Source: Rhodosorus marinus CCMP1338
Lineage: Eukaryota; Plantae; Rhodophyta
Direction: 5' to 3'
NCBI GenBank assembly: GCA_029953675.1
Contig: JAMWBK010000007.1
Location: forward strand, 1,364,001-1,428,000
Length of the DNA: 64,000 bases
Of this stretch, positions 19,057 through 32,489 are shown piece after piece; the stretch's first letter is position 1, and each line of letters begins with the position of its first letter. The notes under the pieces are model-generated. The model saw nothing but the letters and a program-made list of their open reading frames with translations, did no database searches and was not told the DNA's origin. Both the position numbers and the translations under genes were made by a program.

Positions 19057-22000
19057 TATTAAAGAAACACCAAAACAACGATGTTGCTCACACGTCCTAC
19101 TGGCACCTCCTGGTAACACACCTAAATTGCTCAGTACTTATACTCGTACCCCTCCCCCCCAAGACACAGCAAAAAAAGCAAGAATGCTAGAAGTCTGCCT
19201 CCCCGAACTATAACACAAACCTTCTTGGCAATTTCTGGATCTCAAAAGCGAAAGAAAACCACCTGAAAGCCAGAGCTGACTAACACACTGCAAGCTCAAA
19301 CATTACAAAAACAAAGAAATTCCCTTGAACGTCTCCTTCATCCTTCATCTTTTCAAAAAAAATGTCAAGGCTACCTTCGTCCGGGTACATGTTCCGTCCG
19401 TCCCGATGCACTCGCAGTGGACACCCACCCACTTCGTTCTTACAAATTCTCTTTTCTTCCTAACGAGACGTTCCAACCTTCTTCCTCTCTCGCCCCCAAA
19501 AGAATCTCACCTTCCAAGCCACCCAAAAGCTGAGACCCATAATTTATTCCTATTCGTGTGGGAATATTTCAATAAATGCCTCGTAGTGGAACTCCTATCT
19601 CAACCCGCAGAACCGCTCTTTTCAACCCAAACCCGCACCCCTTGGGACAACGCTTCTCAACTTGGAACTTGATTTTGGTACTTTCAGAAGGGGGAAATAG
19701 ATATTCCTCTAGACCCATATTTGTTCGAACAACACCCAACCCCCCCCTCCTTGGTTCCAATTTTGACGGAGAGTTTAAGAGACCCCCGTTGACTACAAAC
19801 AGCTCGTTTCAACCATTTTTATTGTAGGAAATTTTTGTTGCCCACACGAGATTATGCCCTAAGGAGACAGGCAGCAGTTCCATGTTGTACTGGAAAACAA
19901 CAAATGGTAGGTGTTTTTTTATTCAATCTAGAGGACAGGCAGGAAATACAGCATAATATTGTGTATCCAATTTTCTCTCTTCATATTATTGAAGCAATTC
20001 GGATAAATCTGCTCTCCACTCTCAACCTGTCTCCTTTCTTCTGTCCAGCTGAATTTTTGGTCCTGGCTGCCTAAGGGGGGGTCGTACGGAAACCCTGAGT
20101 AGAGGTCAAGGTTCTTGCTTGTGAACAGACCATTTTCAACATGAACTCCCAAGCCGGGAAGAACGAGCACATTCGTCGTACATTTTTTTGATATCGCACA
20201 TTTTGTTTTGGAATCTGAAATCGTTGCGGTGGCTTTTAACCCTAAGCCTTTTAGATCGAAGCCCAACTACAGGCTGGGGTTTCTGAAGATTTAACAAAAC
20301 AAAAAGTAGCTTTGGGCAAAAATTCTACTGCCAACCGAGTTCTTTAGGCTCCAAAACAGGCGAGCATGTATTCCGAGAGTTCTAACGAAGCACTTCCCCT
20401 TTCTCGGGATTGCAGATAAAAAAATAGCTGACCACCAAAAACACGCGCTTCTTACACTTCAGGATTTCTAGCAGATGCTCATTGGCTAATCGATGCTCGA
20501 CGAGAACCGGCCCAGAAATCCATCAAGGCTTGTGTATCTGTTACGATGGACCAACAGGTCGTACTACCATGAATCATGTATTTGAGAGTTTCTAACTGCA
20601 TTTTCTTGGTCGTGGCAAAACCCAGCGACGCTTTGGGTTGAAGATTTCATTATTTTGGCTTTCTTCTCTGAGTTTGAGAAGTTCCAAAACGTCGCAGCTC
20701 ATGCAGTCCGGTAAGTCAAATCGCAAGTTGCAAGGCTCTGATTGGCACGCCAATCTTTTTTAAGTTTATTTTTGGGGTGTGACATGGATCTACCAATCAG
20801 TGGTTCTTATCCGAATGGAGCAACCCACGACACTAATCTTAGGTAGGTTCTAAATCTTCCAAAAACAATGGATTTTCTTCCCCCCCAACAAGTTCGGTTT
20901 TTTTTTTGCGTGAGTTCTCTTGATTCGTTCGATATCAGTTTTCGCCGAAGAAATTGAGTTGATTTGAGAAAGTACAAGAAGTGATTGCTCAATGGCTCCG
21001 GCTTTTACTGTTGATTCACATGGAGTTGCCTCACCTCTTCAAACCTCCCTTCTGCGGGGAACGATCTCAAGTCCACTGATCAAGAATTTGCCGCGGGGGA
21101 TAGTATGGGGACCCTCTTTCCTTTGTGAGCGCGGAGGCCGTAACTGTGTGATAAACAGAAACGAAAAACCATTACTTCGATCAATCCGAATACCAACTTC
21201 AATCCCACATCCACCCCTGGACACTGAACGAGTTTCTGGATTTCTTCTTAAGGGGGCGGAACTGGGTGTGGCTTTGGAATCTGTGAAAACGTATCTGGTT
21301 TACTTTTGCGCAACACGGGTTGTCGAATGAACGTGCTTCTTGTCGTGAAGGCATGGGTCCAATCTCAGCTGAAATGGTGGTGACGTTGACTTGTGGAGGG
21401 CCTCATTGTTCTCCACGTTTGAAATGCGTTTATTCGGAGAAAACGAATTTTTGACAGAGCCGTTGTTCCTTACGTAAGTGCAGGTGGTTCGGTTTCTCTC
21501 AACCTGCTTAGATGGGTAGAGAACAAACGAGTTTTGGAGGGCTTCGCCAATGTCTCGAGAGGGGTTGTCCGGTATGAGGAAGATATGTTATGAAATTTTA
21601 GTAATCTAGACTAATTACTCCTCCTTGAACAGAGTTCATTAGTAGTGTTTAGTAATAGCTAAAAATGCACAGCCTTCGTAGGAGAGGCTGCAATGCTTCA
21701 GGAGAATCCTTGGAGATATTTTCAGAAACCTTTCGAAAGCGGAGGAGTACCGGCTGGCAAGGGATCCGAAAGTCGCGGAAGCTTTAAAATAGGGCCAGCT
21801 GGTTTCCGCAGGAGCGGCCTTGAAGAGGGTTGGAGCGGCAGCCGCTGTAAGAGGTATTTTCGAATCGGTTGGCACTTGCGTACTGAGGCTCTGTGTGACT
21901 TGTTTAAATATTCACATCATGCATAATTATCTGGTAAGCGAGTTTGCTCTCCCCTAGAGCTGTGCAAACACGTTTGGTTGTGCTCGAGCGAGCGCTGGAA

Positions 22001-22718
22001 TATCTTTCGGCTTGGGTTTGGCCCTGTTAGCGCACTAACTTTGGACGCATCCTCTCGCTGTGAGTGGTCGGTATGCCTCTACGAACGAGTCCTGTTGATG
22101 TTTGTTTTGTACAGGAGCGGCTGACGACCAAATTCGTTCAAAGTGCACCGAAGCCAATGCGCTTAACTGAGGACGGCAGGGGTCCATGCAGTCATCCCGC
22201 CTACAGGAACTGGAAAAGCATAGGATTGTTCTCCCCCTCCAAAAAAGCGAGGATCCCGCAGAGACACCACAAATGGGCATCGCAGAACTTTTCTCGAGAG
22301 CGAACCACCTGCACTTACGTAAGGAACACCGGTTCTGTCAAGAACCGATAACCGGCGAACATCCTAGGTACCCTTGATCAGATATGGCTGGCACACGGCA
22401 TCACCCATAGCTTGGGCGTGCATCTTCCATACGAAACAACAACAGCTGATTTGGGTTCATTCGACAGCACTCCCGGTAACATACTGAGAGCTCTCTTATG
22501 ATCAATAAGTGATCCCCAGACCTCGACCCTGGAGGGTAGGTCTGATCGGGCCAGACGCGTCTGGCACCAATTGTGGATGTATTCCAAATCAAGAATATGT
22601 ATGACCATTTTGAGTTCATCAGTGACCGACTAAGTTTTCGTTTATCATATTCACAAAACTTAATGAAAGAGCGGGATACGAACGTTTTTAATCTAGCAGA
22701 TGCCGGTATATAATCTAT

Positions 22719-23293
22719 TAAGGTTGTCATAGTCCGTCCGATAACGTTTATCGGACGCGTGGTCTTAGCTCTCAGATTTGTACTTGGATGTTGCTCTTTT
22801 GATTCAATGGTTTTTCTAGTGGATACAACTATGGCAAAATAGTAGAAACTTGTCCATTGTAAAAAAACAGACCCGATTGCCCCGTCCGATGAACGTGTCC
22901 GACAAATCGTCCGATATTCAATCAATGTTGATCCAATAGTCAATCATATCCGGACCAACCATTGACCCATGATTACTTCTTTCGGAGCTCTCTCACATCA
23001 TGAACCATGATTGCCTACCGGGCCTATCGTATGATGAATTACGATTACTTCTGGAATCAACAGGCTGTCATAACAATGGTTAAAAGGTGGCTGCGACTTT
23101 TTGGAGTAGAACGAGCGTTTTGGAAATGAGTCTAAAATATCGGCAGGTTTATCGACGAGGCCTATTATTTTTTTTCTATTCAGGTTTGATAAACTTATGC
23201 GGACGGAAGTCCATCGCAAATGAACATTATTATTTCCAAATTCAGGTCCGATATTTATCGGACTTTTTTTATCGGACGGAGTTGACAACCCTA
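22719..23293. mobile_element. MITE copy 1 (575 bp), hAT-like termini
   Basis: TIRs TAAGGTTGTCAT / TTGACAACCCTA. Subterminal tccga/tcgga repeats. Flanks aatctat / aatatat. Colinear with 47466-48082. Confidence 0.8.
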
Positions 23294-23668
23294 AATATAT
23301 GTCCGACTAGGATTGTCCCATCACATTTAACTTCGCTTTTATTAGCGGTACCGGCAAATGCAAAAACTACCCCAATTTCGAGGATTCTTGAAGTAATTAC
23401 CGGTAATCAACGGTACTATCGGTGATTGGCGGAAATTTTCAATATCGGTTCTAACGACCCGAAGGCGTTGAAAAGAAACGCCTGCCAGAAAATTATTAGC
23501 GCGCAGAGTTAGACCACCCAAATGGTGACAAAATCAACGTTTTCCCACCACCCCAAACCGTAGCGAGAGTCCACCTTTTTCCTTAGAAGGATGGGAGCTT
23601 TTGGCCGGTGTGCCAGCCGAAGCACTCGATGACCACATGGCCAGACTCTTAGAACAAAAGGTATATGG

Positions 23669-24630
23669 GCAAACAATGTCTTTCGCCTACGTGACTCTTT
23701 TTTGTTGCTTGTCTTGGAGTGAGTATCCCTCACTAGTATGCCACAAGCTTGGCTCATAGAGGTCTCGCAGGGTTTCCTCCAACTCTTCTAAGTCACCTCA
23801 GAGTCTATACGTATATGTGTTGCTTCTACACGTCTGTTTCTATCCAGGTTGTGCACGTTCATAGTCGCCATCACACGTTTCAGGGACATGTGCTGGGATG
23901 AGAACTCGGTTAGGAACCCTAGCAAGTCTTGGTTACGTAATCCACATATCCAGGTCGTCGGACCGTAGTCGATGTCCAGCTCGAACAGACCATTTCCTAA
24001 AATCCCCCCTCATCCCATGTGCCTCCGCGTTACTGCCAGCAATTAGCGATGACGAGTTAACGCTGTGTGAATTAGCTTTTTCTGAAATTGCTGGCCACCT
24101 GGTATTCTGTAGGAACCTACCCAAACGGGTAATTTCTCAACTCCTCATGCTCTTGCACGTACCGTACGCAACGTGTACATGCTTCGGCAACGCCTTGCCA
24201 CTCCCGTTATTCCATTTTGAGGCATGATTGATTATCATCGTAAACGGTCGTCGAGGTCGTCTCGAGCCCAACCTCGGTGATTAGTTGGTTCTTCCATCGG
24301 AGAATGCGGAATCCGTCTGCTACTGCAACTAATTCTGCCCCCGCTGTGGATGTAGCCACCGTCCGTTGCCTTCGACTTGCGTACGGTAAGAGACAATTCT
24401 CTACAAAAACCACGAAACCCGTTGTGGAACGGCGAGTCGTACCAAAACCCCACGACGCATCCGTAGACAGGACCAGGTTCTGTTCCAGATTCAATCGGAG
24501 CTCGAAACCAAACTCGAGTGTACCCTTCAAGTACTTCAAAATCCGTCGCGCAGCGACCTAATCTTCTCGTCTAGGAACGTGCATGCGCATCACCAGTGCG
24601 CGAACCGCCGAGAAGATATCTGGCCAAGTT
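23669..24630 (-). mobile_element. Second Copia 3' fragment (end of RT, RNase H, PPT, LTR), same family as 12995-17306
   Basis: KYLKGTLEFGFEL..STDASWGFGTTRRSTTGF..RQRTVATSTAGAELVAVADG..VYDDNQSC. PPT gggatgagggggga. LTR similar to 12995-13345. Confidence 0.85.
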
Positions 24631-24849
24631 CGGTGAGCAACAAAACTATGACTTCCGGTCGACCACAGCGGATAACCATTACAAGGGGTTGGAATATTGA
24701 TTGAATTTAGCGATTGCTGCGATATTGACTGATACTCTCAAGAGATCCTTGCAATTCTTGCAGATTCGACATGTTCGATGCAGTCGAGCAGAATTCGATT
24801 ACCGTTTATTACTGGAACGAACACCACTTTTCATATATGTGGCGTATCG

Positions 24850-25030
24850 ACGCTACTTTGATGTTTGGAGGGCACGCGACGAAGCTCGCGCCCCCCAACG
24901 GTCTTTTTTTCCCCTTGGGGTTTTTTCTTTCAGCCTCCGATTAATCAAATTCATTCATTCAGTATCACAGCTCGTCGCCTGGTACCCCTGGTCATTGAGG
25001 GCTTTTGGGTTAATGGATTTCGTTGGTTCT
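24850..25030 (-). repeat. Unclassified dispersed repeat copy
   Basis: tttttccccttggggttttttctttcagcctccgattaa is shared with 15325-15365. The adjacent cgtcgcctggtaccc..ggatttcgttggttc block is shared with 27480-27545 and 29070-29125. Confidence 0.6.
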
Positions 25031-25645
25031 CGTTGAATCCTCCCGAAGCTTGTCAGGGCAGCAAGGCTCTCACATATCCCTCTTGAGGTCGGTCAGCTTC
25101 CGGTTACAAATGTTTTCTCCAAAAGAACATCGAAGTTTGTGAGAAAAACGTTTTTGTGCTACGAGCACTGCGGCCTAAGAAAGCAGTTGTACGTATCCCC
25201 GATTGAGGGCCGGGCCGAGGATGCCTGTCCAGCAACTTACCCCGAGGCTGTGCAGGTTTCATTCGTCGCGCTAAAGTCATAGAGGCGCTGTCGGTTTCTT
25301 TGCACCGCTAGATCCAACCAGGGCTAAGGAGACCCGAGCCGAGCAAACGCATTGAATCGAACATCACGGCGTTGATGTTCTTCAATATTTACGACCTTCA
25401 CCTTCAGACAAAGTGTTTATGTTCAGTCCGAGACTGCGGTAGCGGTCCTCGGGACAATGATGGGCGGTGTAGAGACTAGGCTTAGTACTTTCGTGAAAGA
25501 GTGAATAAAATTCTTTGAGCTTATTGTTGTTGTTTTGAAATATTTTAACGTAAAATTGTCTTTGCAAGGATCCTCAACAGGAGCTGAGGTTGTGTGCTAT
25601 ATACATTTTGTACAATGGCTATTGGTAGCGGGGGCTATGGACAAT

Positions 25646-26212
25646 TCAGACCCGGACGGCAAACGATTGACTGACAGCCGTTGAGAAGACGGCAGGGGAA
25701 CTGACCAGATCGTTCATCATCAGCGCCTTCTCCCGCAAAAATTCTTCGGTGCTCACAGACATCCTGAAGCCCAAGAGCGAGAGCATGCTGACCTCTAGCC
25801 TGTTGATTTCTTCAAGTCCGGCCATGCCGAAGATCTGAGCCATGTAGTCGTTCGCATAGTGCTCATCGTCATGGAATTTCAGGGCGATAAGCGTAGCCGT
25901 AGCGAACAGTTTCTGCACGTTCATATGCGTCAGCCTATTGTCTCCATTCAATCTTTGGATTCTCCTCAAGTAGATAAGAGCCGTCACGAACACAGAGTCT
26001 GAGCAATCGAGGTACTCATAAAGCCGCTCTACGTAGGCTGCGATAGAAATCGAACCCTTCGTCCTCAACGAAAACTCCTCGGGAATCGATCCAGGTCCTA
26101 CTCCACCACACCTGTTGCACTCCCACTCCAACGCCTCGCACACAGCATTGATCAGCTCTGTGTCAGTCAGAGGCAAGTACTCCTCATCTTCAAATGAAAT
26201 AGACAGATCCAT
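25646..26212 (-). CDS. PHO80/U(P)-type cyclin (188 aa)
   Basis: ATG 26212. Cyclin box SISIAAYVERLYEYLDCSDSVFVTALIYLRRI..LTHMNVQKLFATATLIALKFHDDEHYANDYMAQIFG..EINRLEVSMLSLLGFRMSVS. Confidence 0.92.
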   Translation of the reverse strand: MDLSISFEDEEYLPLTDTELINAVCEALEWECNRCGGVGPGSIPEEFSLRTKGSISIAAYVERLYEYLDCSDSVFVTALIYLRRIQRLNGDNRLTHMNVQKLFATATLIALKFHDDEHYANDYMAQIFGMAGLEEINRLEVSMLSLLGFRMSVSTEEFLREKALMMNDLVSSPAVFSTAVSQSFAVRV

Positions 26213-27454
26213 CGTGTTTCTTCCAATTACCTTCTTCCTAAATTCAAAGAATTTCTTAGCTCTCCTGCTTCCAAACCTCCCTTCCTTCTTAACTCTCCTC
26301 GATGCGTATATATACCTCAACTCCTACAGCGCGGACCGTAACGCATATCCCGGACAAAAACAGGAAAATGATATCCAGTTGGCTAAGCCGGCAGTACTCG
26401 TAACTCCGCTCATTGACGTGAAGCATACATATGCATATCTATCTTGCCATTTCCTAACGCATACCGCCCCATGAACACCAACCACAATTCGCTGCGCAGC
26501 CATCTGCCCGTATGGTAGTAGTCCCCCATCGACCAATTTCGTTGTTCCCTTTGCCTGCACTGAAATTCACAACAGCGCCAAGGAAACAAGGAGTACTGAG
26601 CGAAGCAAACATCAGCAAATATGCCAAAAACACTCAAAAAAGAACAATATCCAAAAATAGAACCCCAAGAGATCCCCTATTCACAAACAAGTCGAAATCT
26701 GAGCGCTGACAAATCGAAACCCGAAAATAGATTTTCTGCTAAAAATAGTTTCCAACTTACGAACGCAGCTATATTGAAACTAAATAAGGTTCGAAATCGT
26801 GATTTGATTTGTTCTTATCCCGTATTCTGATTCTTAATTGGTTGGAAGACAGTAGAATGACTTAATCAATCATTGTACCTGTCCAACAGGATCCGACTTC
26901 ATCGGCATTGGGTGAATCAATGGGCGGTTTTTTGGCTCGGAAAGGGCGTGAACTGTGGTTAGCGCATTTGTCTGGAGGAACGTTGTTGTTGTGCGGCGGC
27001 GAGTGAGCTATTCGAGAGGAAGCTGTACTGGTTGAACAACGCTCACAAATTTGTTTTCGAGATTGACGTTGAGTGAACTATGTTGCGTCGGCAATCGGGA
27101 AGGATGAAGGATTGGTGATTAGGAGGAGGTTGTGACATTGTGGGAATGCTCACGCCAGGTTCTTGCATTGGCGGTAGCCAGGTCAGAGTAATCACGCCTA
27201 GATATGTTTGTTAACACATGCCTTCAATTCAAAGCACAAAGACAGCCAAAGAGACTGGCAACACAAAGCAAATTCCCTGTGCTTGTACGGGGCCTGTGCA
27301 ACCCGCCCTTGCACGTTCATGAGACTTCTTTGCTTCGAGAGATACCAATCGAATTATGCCTGAGTAGACGGACGTGCTATGTTAGTAAACGAACACCATT
27401 TTCGGGGCTTTTCGATACAAAGTGGATGAAAAATCAGTGACAACTCATATACTA

Positions 27455-27730
27455 TCAATTCATTCGAGCTTCGGCTTTATAGCTCATCGTCTGGGTACCC
27501 TTGGTAATTTAGCGTTTTGATTTTACGGATTCCGTTGGTTCCCTTTGGCTTCGCGAATTTACTGCAGGCGCCCCAACCGGCTTTCCTCGTTGTTAACTCG
27601 TTTGAGTTTCATGTTGTTGCGAATGAGCGCGGTTTTGATGTTGGAGGCACAGATCTCCGCCTTCAGGAGCCGCTTTTTGTCCCCTTTTTTGGTTTTTGTC
27701 AGTCTCCGAATAAACACGTTCATCCAGTCA
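27455..27730 (-). repeat. Unclassified dispersed repeat copy (longest)
   Basis: Reads DWMNVFIRRLTKTKKGDKKRLLKAEICASNIKTALIRNNMKLKRVNNEE; homologous frames occur at 33865-33975 and 37110-37250. Confidence 0.6.
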
Positions 27731-28224
27731 TTACATTACACACGTACTATATCCTGCAGAGGATCATTCACACGAAGTGGAACACTCCACATGGGCTTCT
27801 CATTATTCCTGGGGATTCGGGCTTCGGCTTTGGCGCATCGCCTAGTACTTTTGGTCATTGAGTGTTTTGACTTGGATGACGTGAAGCAGGTCTTCCTTTG
27901 GTGTCGATAACGGCTCTCTTTCTTTTGGGCCTCTGCTGCAGAAGTCGAAGTGTGAGGTACATGTTGCGACTATTGACACCCCCCGATTGGTAAACCGTTC
28001 ATGGCAGGATGTCCAGCATGTGCGTGCGAGCCATCTGACAATTGAGCAAAATGGTAAACGAGTTTTGCCACGCATTCGGAACCTCACCCTGTGGCGAAAA
28101 GTTGTTTCTGCCGCGGATGTCTCAGATGAGCGTCCGCCCTCCAGCTCCCCGGTCGATTACAACATCTACTCTCCCAGGAGACTAACCACCGCGCTTTTGA
28201 GGCACTCGTGGACAGTTCTGAGCA

Positions 28225-28930
28225 CTCGAACGAGTTTCGGGCGGGCGTTGGCGCTCATCTGCAGGATTGGGTGCTGGCTCCTGGATTCGTGATTTACCAC
28301 GTGAGGGTCGCCATTCTCTCAGAGCACCAGAGATCCATTTGCCGTTCTGCGCACAGTCAGAAGGGTATTCAACAACTTTTCCATTGCCGTTCTTCCACCG
28401 GCAACTGGGCTCTCCGACAAAACAAGCTTCGAGAAGAGCTAGACGAACACCTCCAAAAGTGTCGCTTAAGCGATACCAGCGTAGAACCTGCGTAATTTGT
28501 ACTGCACGTCCACTGCGTCCGGACGTCGTAGTCCGAAATTACCGCACTGCCGAACAATATGTAGTTGACGTGAAATATCCCGTACCCTCTCTGGCTCGAC
28601 AATATGTGACAAGAACAACTTGCTCTGACATCCGCATCTAGTTCATTGGGGACACTGGCGTACGCCAGTGTCCGAGCTGAAACTATCAAGCGGGCTCACT
28701 ACTGAGAGGCTCTGGGAGATCACAATGATTTTATTATCGTGCCTTGTATTGTACAGGCATTTGGACGGCCTGGGAAGGCGGCAACAGAATTTCTTGCGGA
28801 AGTTACGCAACATCTTGAGCGCAAAGGTGAGCCTTTGGGTTCGGTGAAGGCATGATTCAATCGTAAGCTCTGGCCCGGTATTTTCCAGTCAAATTTCAAT
28901 GCGATGGCACGCGATGCATCTCCAAACAAT
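28225..28930 (+). mobile_element. Degenerate CRE-clade RLE remnant (dispersed copy)
   Basis: GAGSWIRDLP..L; FHC..GNWALRQNKLREEL..SVEP..LRPDVVVRN..YVVDVKYP..AETIKRAHY..VPCIVQAFGRPGKAATEFL..FNRKLW, with stops and frameshifts. Confidence 0.75.
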
Positions 28931-29069
28931 ATTTTTCCCTTAGAATCTAGTTTGCCATCCCGTCAAGGGGTTCTCCTGACGTGGTTTACTGACCTTAACC
29001 TTACATCCTCTTTGTCTTAGCGTTCTTTTGAAAAGAATGAATGTTCTTTAGCGCCACAGTCCGCGGTAC

Positions 29070-29310
29070 GCGCCAATCGCCTGGAACCCTTTGGGTGTCA
29101 CGCTGGATTCCGCTGGTCCCCCTAGTCCGGGAAGTGTTCTGTGAGCGCCCGGCCGGCTCTCTCGCTGTTTACCTATTGAGTTTCCAGTTGTGGTGTTGAG
29201 AGCTGCTTTTGATGTCGGGGGCATGTAAAGCTCGCCCATATTGAACGTCTTAATGGTTTTTGTTCCCATCGCTTTTTTTTCCTGTCTCCGAATACACGCA
29301 TTCACCATCC
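29070..29310 (-). repeat. Unclassified dispersed repeat copy
   Basis: tttttttcctgtctccgaatacac core, acatcaaaagcagctctc block and the cgcctggaaccc..ggattccgctggtccc block. Confidence 0.5.
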
Positions 29311-29901
29311 TTGGTTGGAGGCAGCCACTGGCATCTGGTCAGACGATCACCATTCATACTCTGACACGGGTCCCTTTACTCTTTATCCAATGATTTCAGA
29401 AAACTTTTTCATTTGAGAAATATTTTTGAAGGGATAACTTTTCGTCAAATTAGATTCGATCATGTTGGAAGAAGATGTCTCTATTCGGATTGAGACACAT
29501 GTTGGAAGGGTATAAAGCAAGGTTATCGAGCCACTAGGTCGCGTTCATTACAGGGTCTCGGGTGGTGATCAACGTGGAAGTGGCATGGATACTAGATCAA
29601 GTGGAGAGTGACTAGCAAAGCTGTCTTCTGACTTGTTGTGGCATATTTTGGTCAGAAATCACAATGCTTCGCACCGTGCAGGTCGCGGCAGACTGAACCA
29701 ATTCCGGCTTCTATCGAACTCGAGTCGCCCGAAAACCCCTAATGGTAGCCCTACAGTTTCCAGTCGATTGCGTCAAGAGCTTTTAATGATCACGAGTCTC
29801 TGACGGGAACTTAAAGGAGTATAAAGAGTTTCATTTTTCCGGAACCTCAAGTTGGGTCCCCATACGATCATTCGGCAAGACGCAACATGTATTTGCGCAC
29901 A

Positions 29902-30441
29902 ATGAAGAAGTTCACGATCTTTACGGTACTAGCGGTGATTGGGGCCACACATGCGATCAAGGTCCATAATGAAGTCGATGTAGTCCGTATGAGGGAGCCC
30001 GAGCCGGAAATCGATCCGCCAATCCCCCCCCAGGGAAACCCCTCGGACTACAAGAATTTGTATGTGCGAGTGGTGAGGGCTGTGGGCCTGACTTTAAGAA
30101 CAGAAGGCTGGGGCGCTGGAATGCCTGATCCTTATGCAATCGTCACGGCGTACAGGATGGACGGCCCGCCTATAACAAGACGAACGAGGACTATCGCGAA
30201 CTGGTACAGTCCGTTTTGGAACCAACAACTGCACTTTGGGACTGGGAGGTGGCAGACCTTCAAGGTCGTTATCTGGGATTCAGACGGTTGGGCCAACGGG
30301 GGTGATGATCTTCTGCTAACTACTCCACGGGTCAGCATTGATGCCTTCAAAATCTTAAGTTGCTGTGCAACCAAATCCTTGCAAGACGTTAGCGATCCCG
30401 ACCTCGGGAGAGTGTACGTTGAAACTCAGCTGATCAGCTAA
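29902..30441 (+). CDS. Secreted stand-alone C2-domain protein (179 aa)
   Basis: MKKFTIFTVLAVIGATHA signal peptide and Pro-rich linker. C2: LYVRVVRAVGL..GMPDPYAIV..RTRTIANWYSPFWNQQLHFG..VVIWDSDG..GDDLL. Confidence 0.87.
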   Translation: MKKFTIFTVLAVIGATHAIKVHNEVDVVRMREPEPEIDPPIPPQGNPSDYKNLYVRVVRAVGLTLRTEGWGAGMPDPYAIVTAYRMDGPPITRRTRTIANWYSPFWNQQLHFGTGRWQTFKVVIWDSDGWANGGDDLLLTTPRVSIDAFKILSCCATKSLQDVSDPDLGRVYVETQLIS

Positions 30442-31059
30442 AGCTCCTTAGTATTGGGCCATCCTACATCTGCGGAAAGCACTTCCCATATTTTGAAAGT
30501 AAAGCAACTGTTTATTTCTCTTGGCCAAACATACGGAACAGTCCTTGGGCATCGCCCTCACGCCCTAGATATCTGAGAAGAAGTTCGAGAAACCCCTCAT
30601 ACGGCCTGCCAAGGTTGTTACACCCTAGCGAGGTACGCCTACTTCAACCACATCATGACTATTTCCGAGCCCATCTACGAGCTACAATCTCCGCCACCTG
30701 TACCTCCGATGGAAATCTGACCCTCACATGACCCGCTCTATTTGAATCGGTAGCTAGAGGGCTCGCTCAAGATGTCGTGGAATTGAACCCAGGCTCGTCA
30801 CTGAATCATTTGCGCCGCTATCCACAGAATCTGCGATGCCGCTCCAGACACAATCCTAGCGTCATTTCCGTGCATCTTGGGTGCCCTTCACTGGAAGCTT
30901 TTAAGCCAGACGGACTCCCCAACTGGCGTGGAGTCCTTCGAATCCATGAGAAGCGGACCATAACTCATTCGGACTCGGGCCGTATACATTTTCTTCGCTT
31001 GTGGTCGATATACTCGTCGAGTTGCCTTCTGGTAATGTCTTGATCGATCCAAGTATGAG

Positions 31060-31371
31060 TCAGTCCATATCCCTACCTCTCTCATCCCGCTGCTTAGCGA
31101 AATGCAATCTCCGGTGCTGGGACAAGCTCGACCTCCACTTGAAAGCCTTTCCGCACCCCTCAATGTTACATTTATACGCTTTCTCGTTCGTATGGATCCG
31201 CATATGGTCGCGCATTGTATTGGACTTTTCAAATCTCTTCCCACACACACGACATTTGTGCGTCTTCCTGCACACCTCAGGTTCCTCGTCCGACCCGCAA
31301 CATAAGTGCTGGATGTCCATCTTGTTCAGTGGCCTCGAACCCGCCATCATGGAATCCACACTCTTAAACAT
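31060..31371 (-). CDS. Small two-finger C2H2 zinc-finger protein (103 aa)
   Basis: [51 protein letters not shown]. Confidence 0.9.
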   Translation of the reverse strand: MFKSVDSMMAGSRPLNKMDIQHLCCGSDEEPEVCRKTHKCRVCGKRFEKSNTMRDHMRIHTNEKAYKCNIEGCGKAFKWRSSLSQHRRLHFAKQRDERGRDMD

Positions 31372-32489
31372 CCGTCCACCACCTCCTATGAAACGTTCTA
31401 CTCTCCTGTTTACCTCGGACCGAACTTTTAGATCTGCAGATTTCAGAGCGGCTTCAACTACAACTACCTACTCATATCCACCGTGGTTCTAGGGTTCTAG
31501 TTGATGATTCAAACGGATGCTTAAGCAGAATTAAACCCTTAGACTGATGCATACCTTTGCCTTTCTAGTGAAGACTCTCTTAGTCACCTTCGAGGCCGAC
31601 AACATCCCCGTCATATACGCAGACTTCGGCGAAGTTTTTCGATGGAACCCGTTGTACGAGAAATCTAGCGCTGATAGAATACTATGCCTTCACGCCGTTT
31701 GGGTAAAAGCTCGAAGGGAGCGGATGGGATATCGTACAACCCATCGTCAATCCGCTCCTTCCCCCCCAAAAGCACTCCATACTAAGTGCGGGGCCTGACT
31801 AACAAAGTGTTCCGATCCAAAAAAATTCTCTAGCCAATAAACTAAAACCAATAAAAAAAAGCATGGATTGTATTTATTACAAATTGAAATGTTCACCTCG
31901 GTTCTAAACGCATGGAAGGAATTGTTGTTTTTAGACCAGAACAAATAAAATACTTTAAAACATATAAATAGACCTGCAGTATTCAAAAGAAAATGGTGAA
32001 AGAAATAGAAATTTTGTAGGCGAGATGCGGAGTCGAGATGCTGGTGGCTGCTTAGGTTTTTTGGAGTGTTTTGTTGGGTCCTGGAGTTTCTGAGAGGACT
32101 GCGCAATGAATCCGTACACCCAAGGATGTGGACGGGTATCTACAGGAGACTGATGGGAAGTTCAAGCAGTCCCATGCCCAGACCAGGCATGCTGTGTCTT
32201 CGGGTTGTAGCTCAGAGGTTTTTTCGAAACCATCCTTCCCATCTCCTCTGCAACTAGCTATGCTGGCCGAGACTCAACATCATGTCCTGGAAAGGGAATC
32301 TGACTAACTCGAACTATGCGAGTTCTTGTTGTCTTGACTACGGCGATAGCCGGACCAGAACCGCCAGAACCACTGTCCATACGAAACAAGGAAGAAACCG
32401 AACAATCAATATTGTGAAGATCCTCTCGAATTATATCACAATTCGACAGGATCATTATAACCTGGATGCGCCGTTTCACTCAGGGGTGG

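Noticed and set aside
19569-20266. Short minus ORFs as a transposase or helicase remnant
   Set aside because: No catalytic motif could be aligned with confidence.
21639-22120. Small spliced gene (GTAAGC donor ~21934, ACTAAC branch ~22034)
   Set aside because: The most protein-like frame has in-frame stops and no consistent exon chain could be built. It needs RNA-seq.
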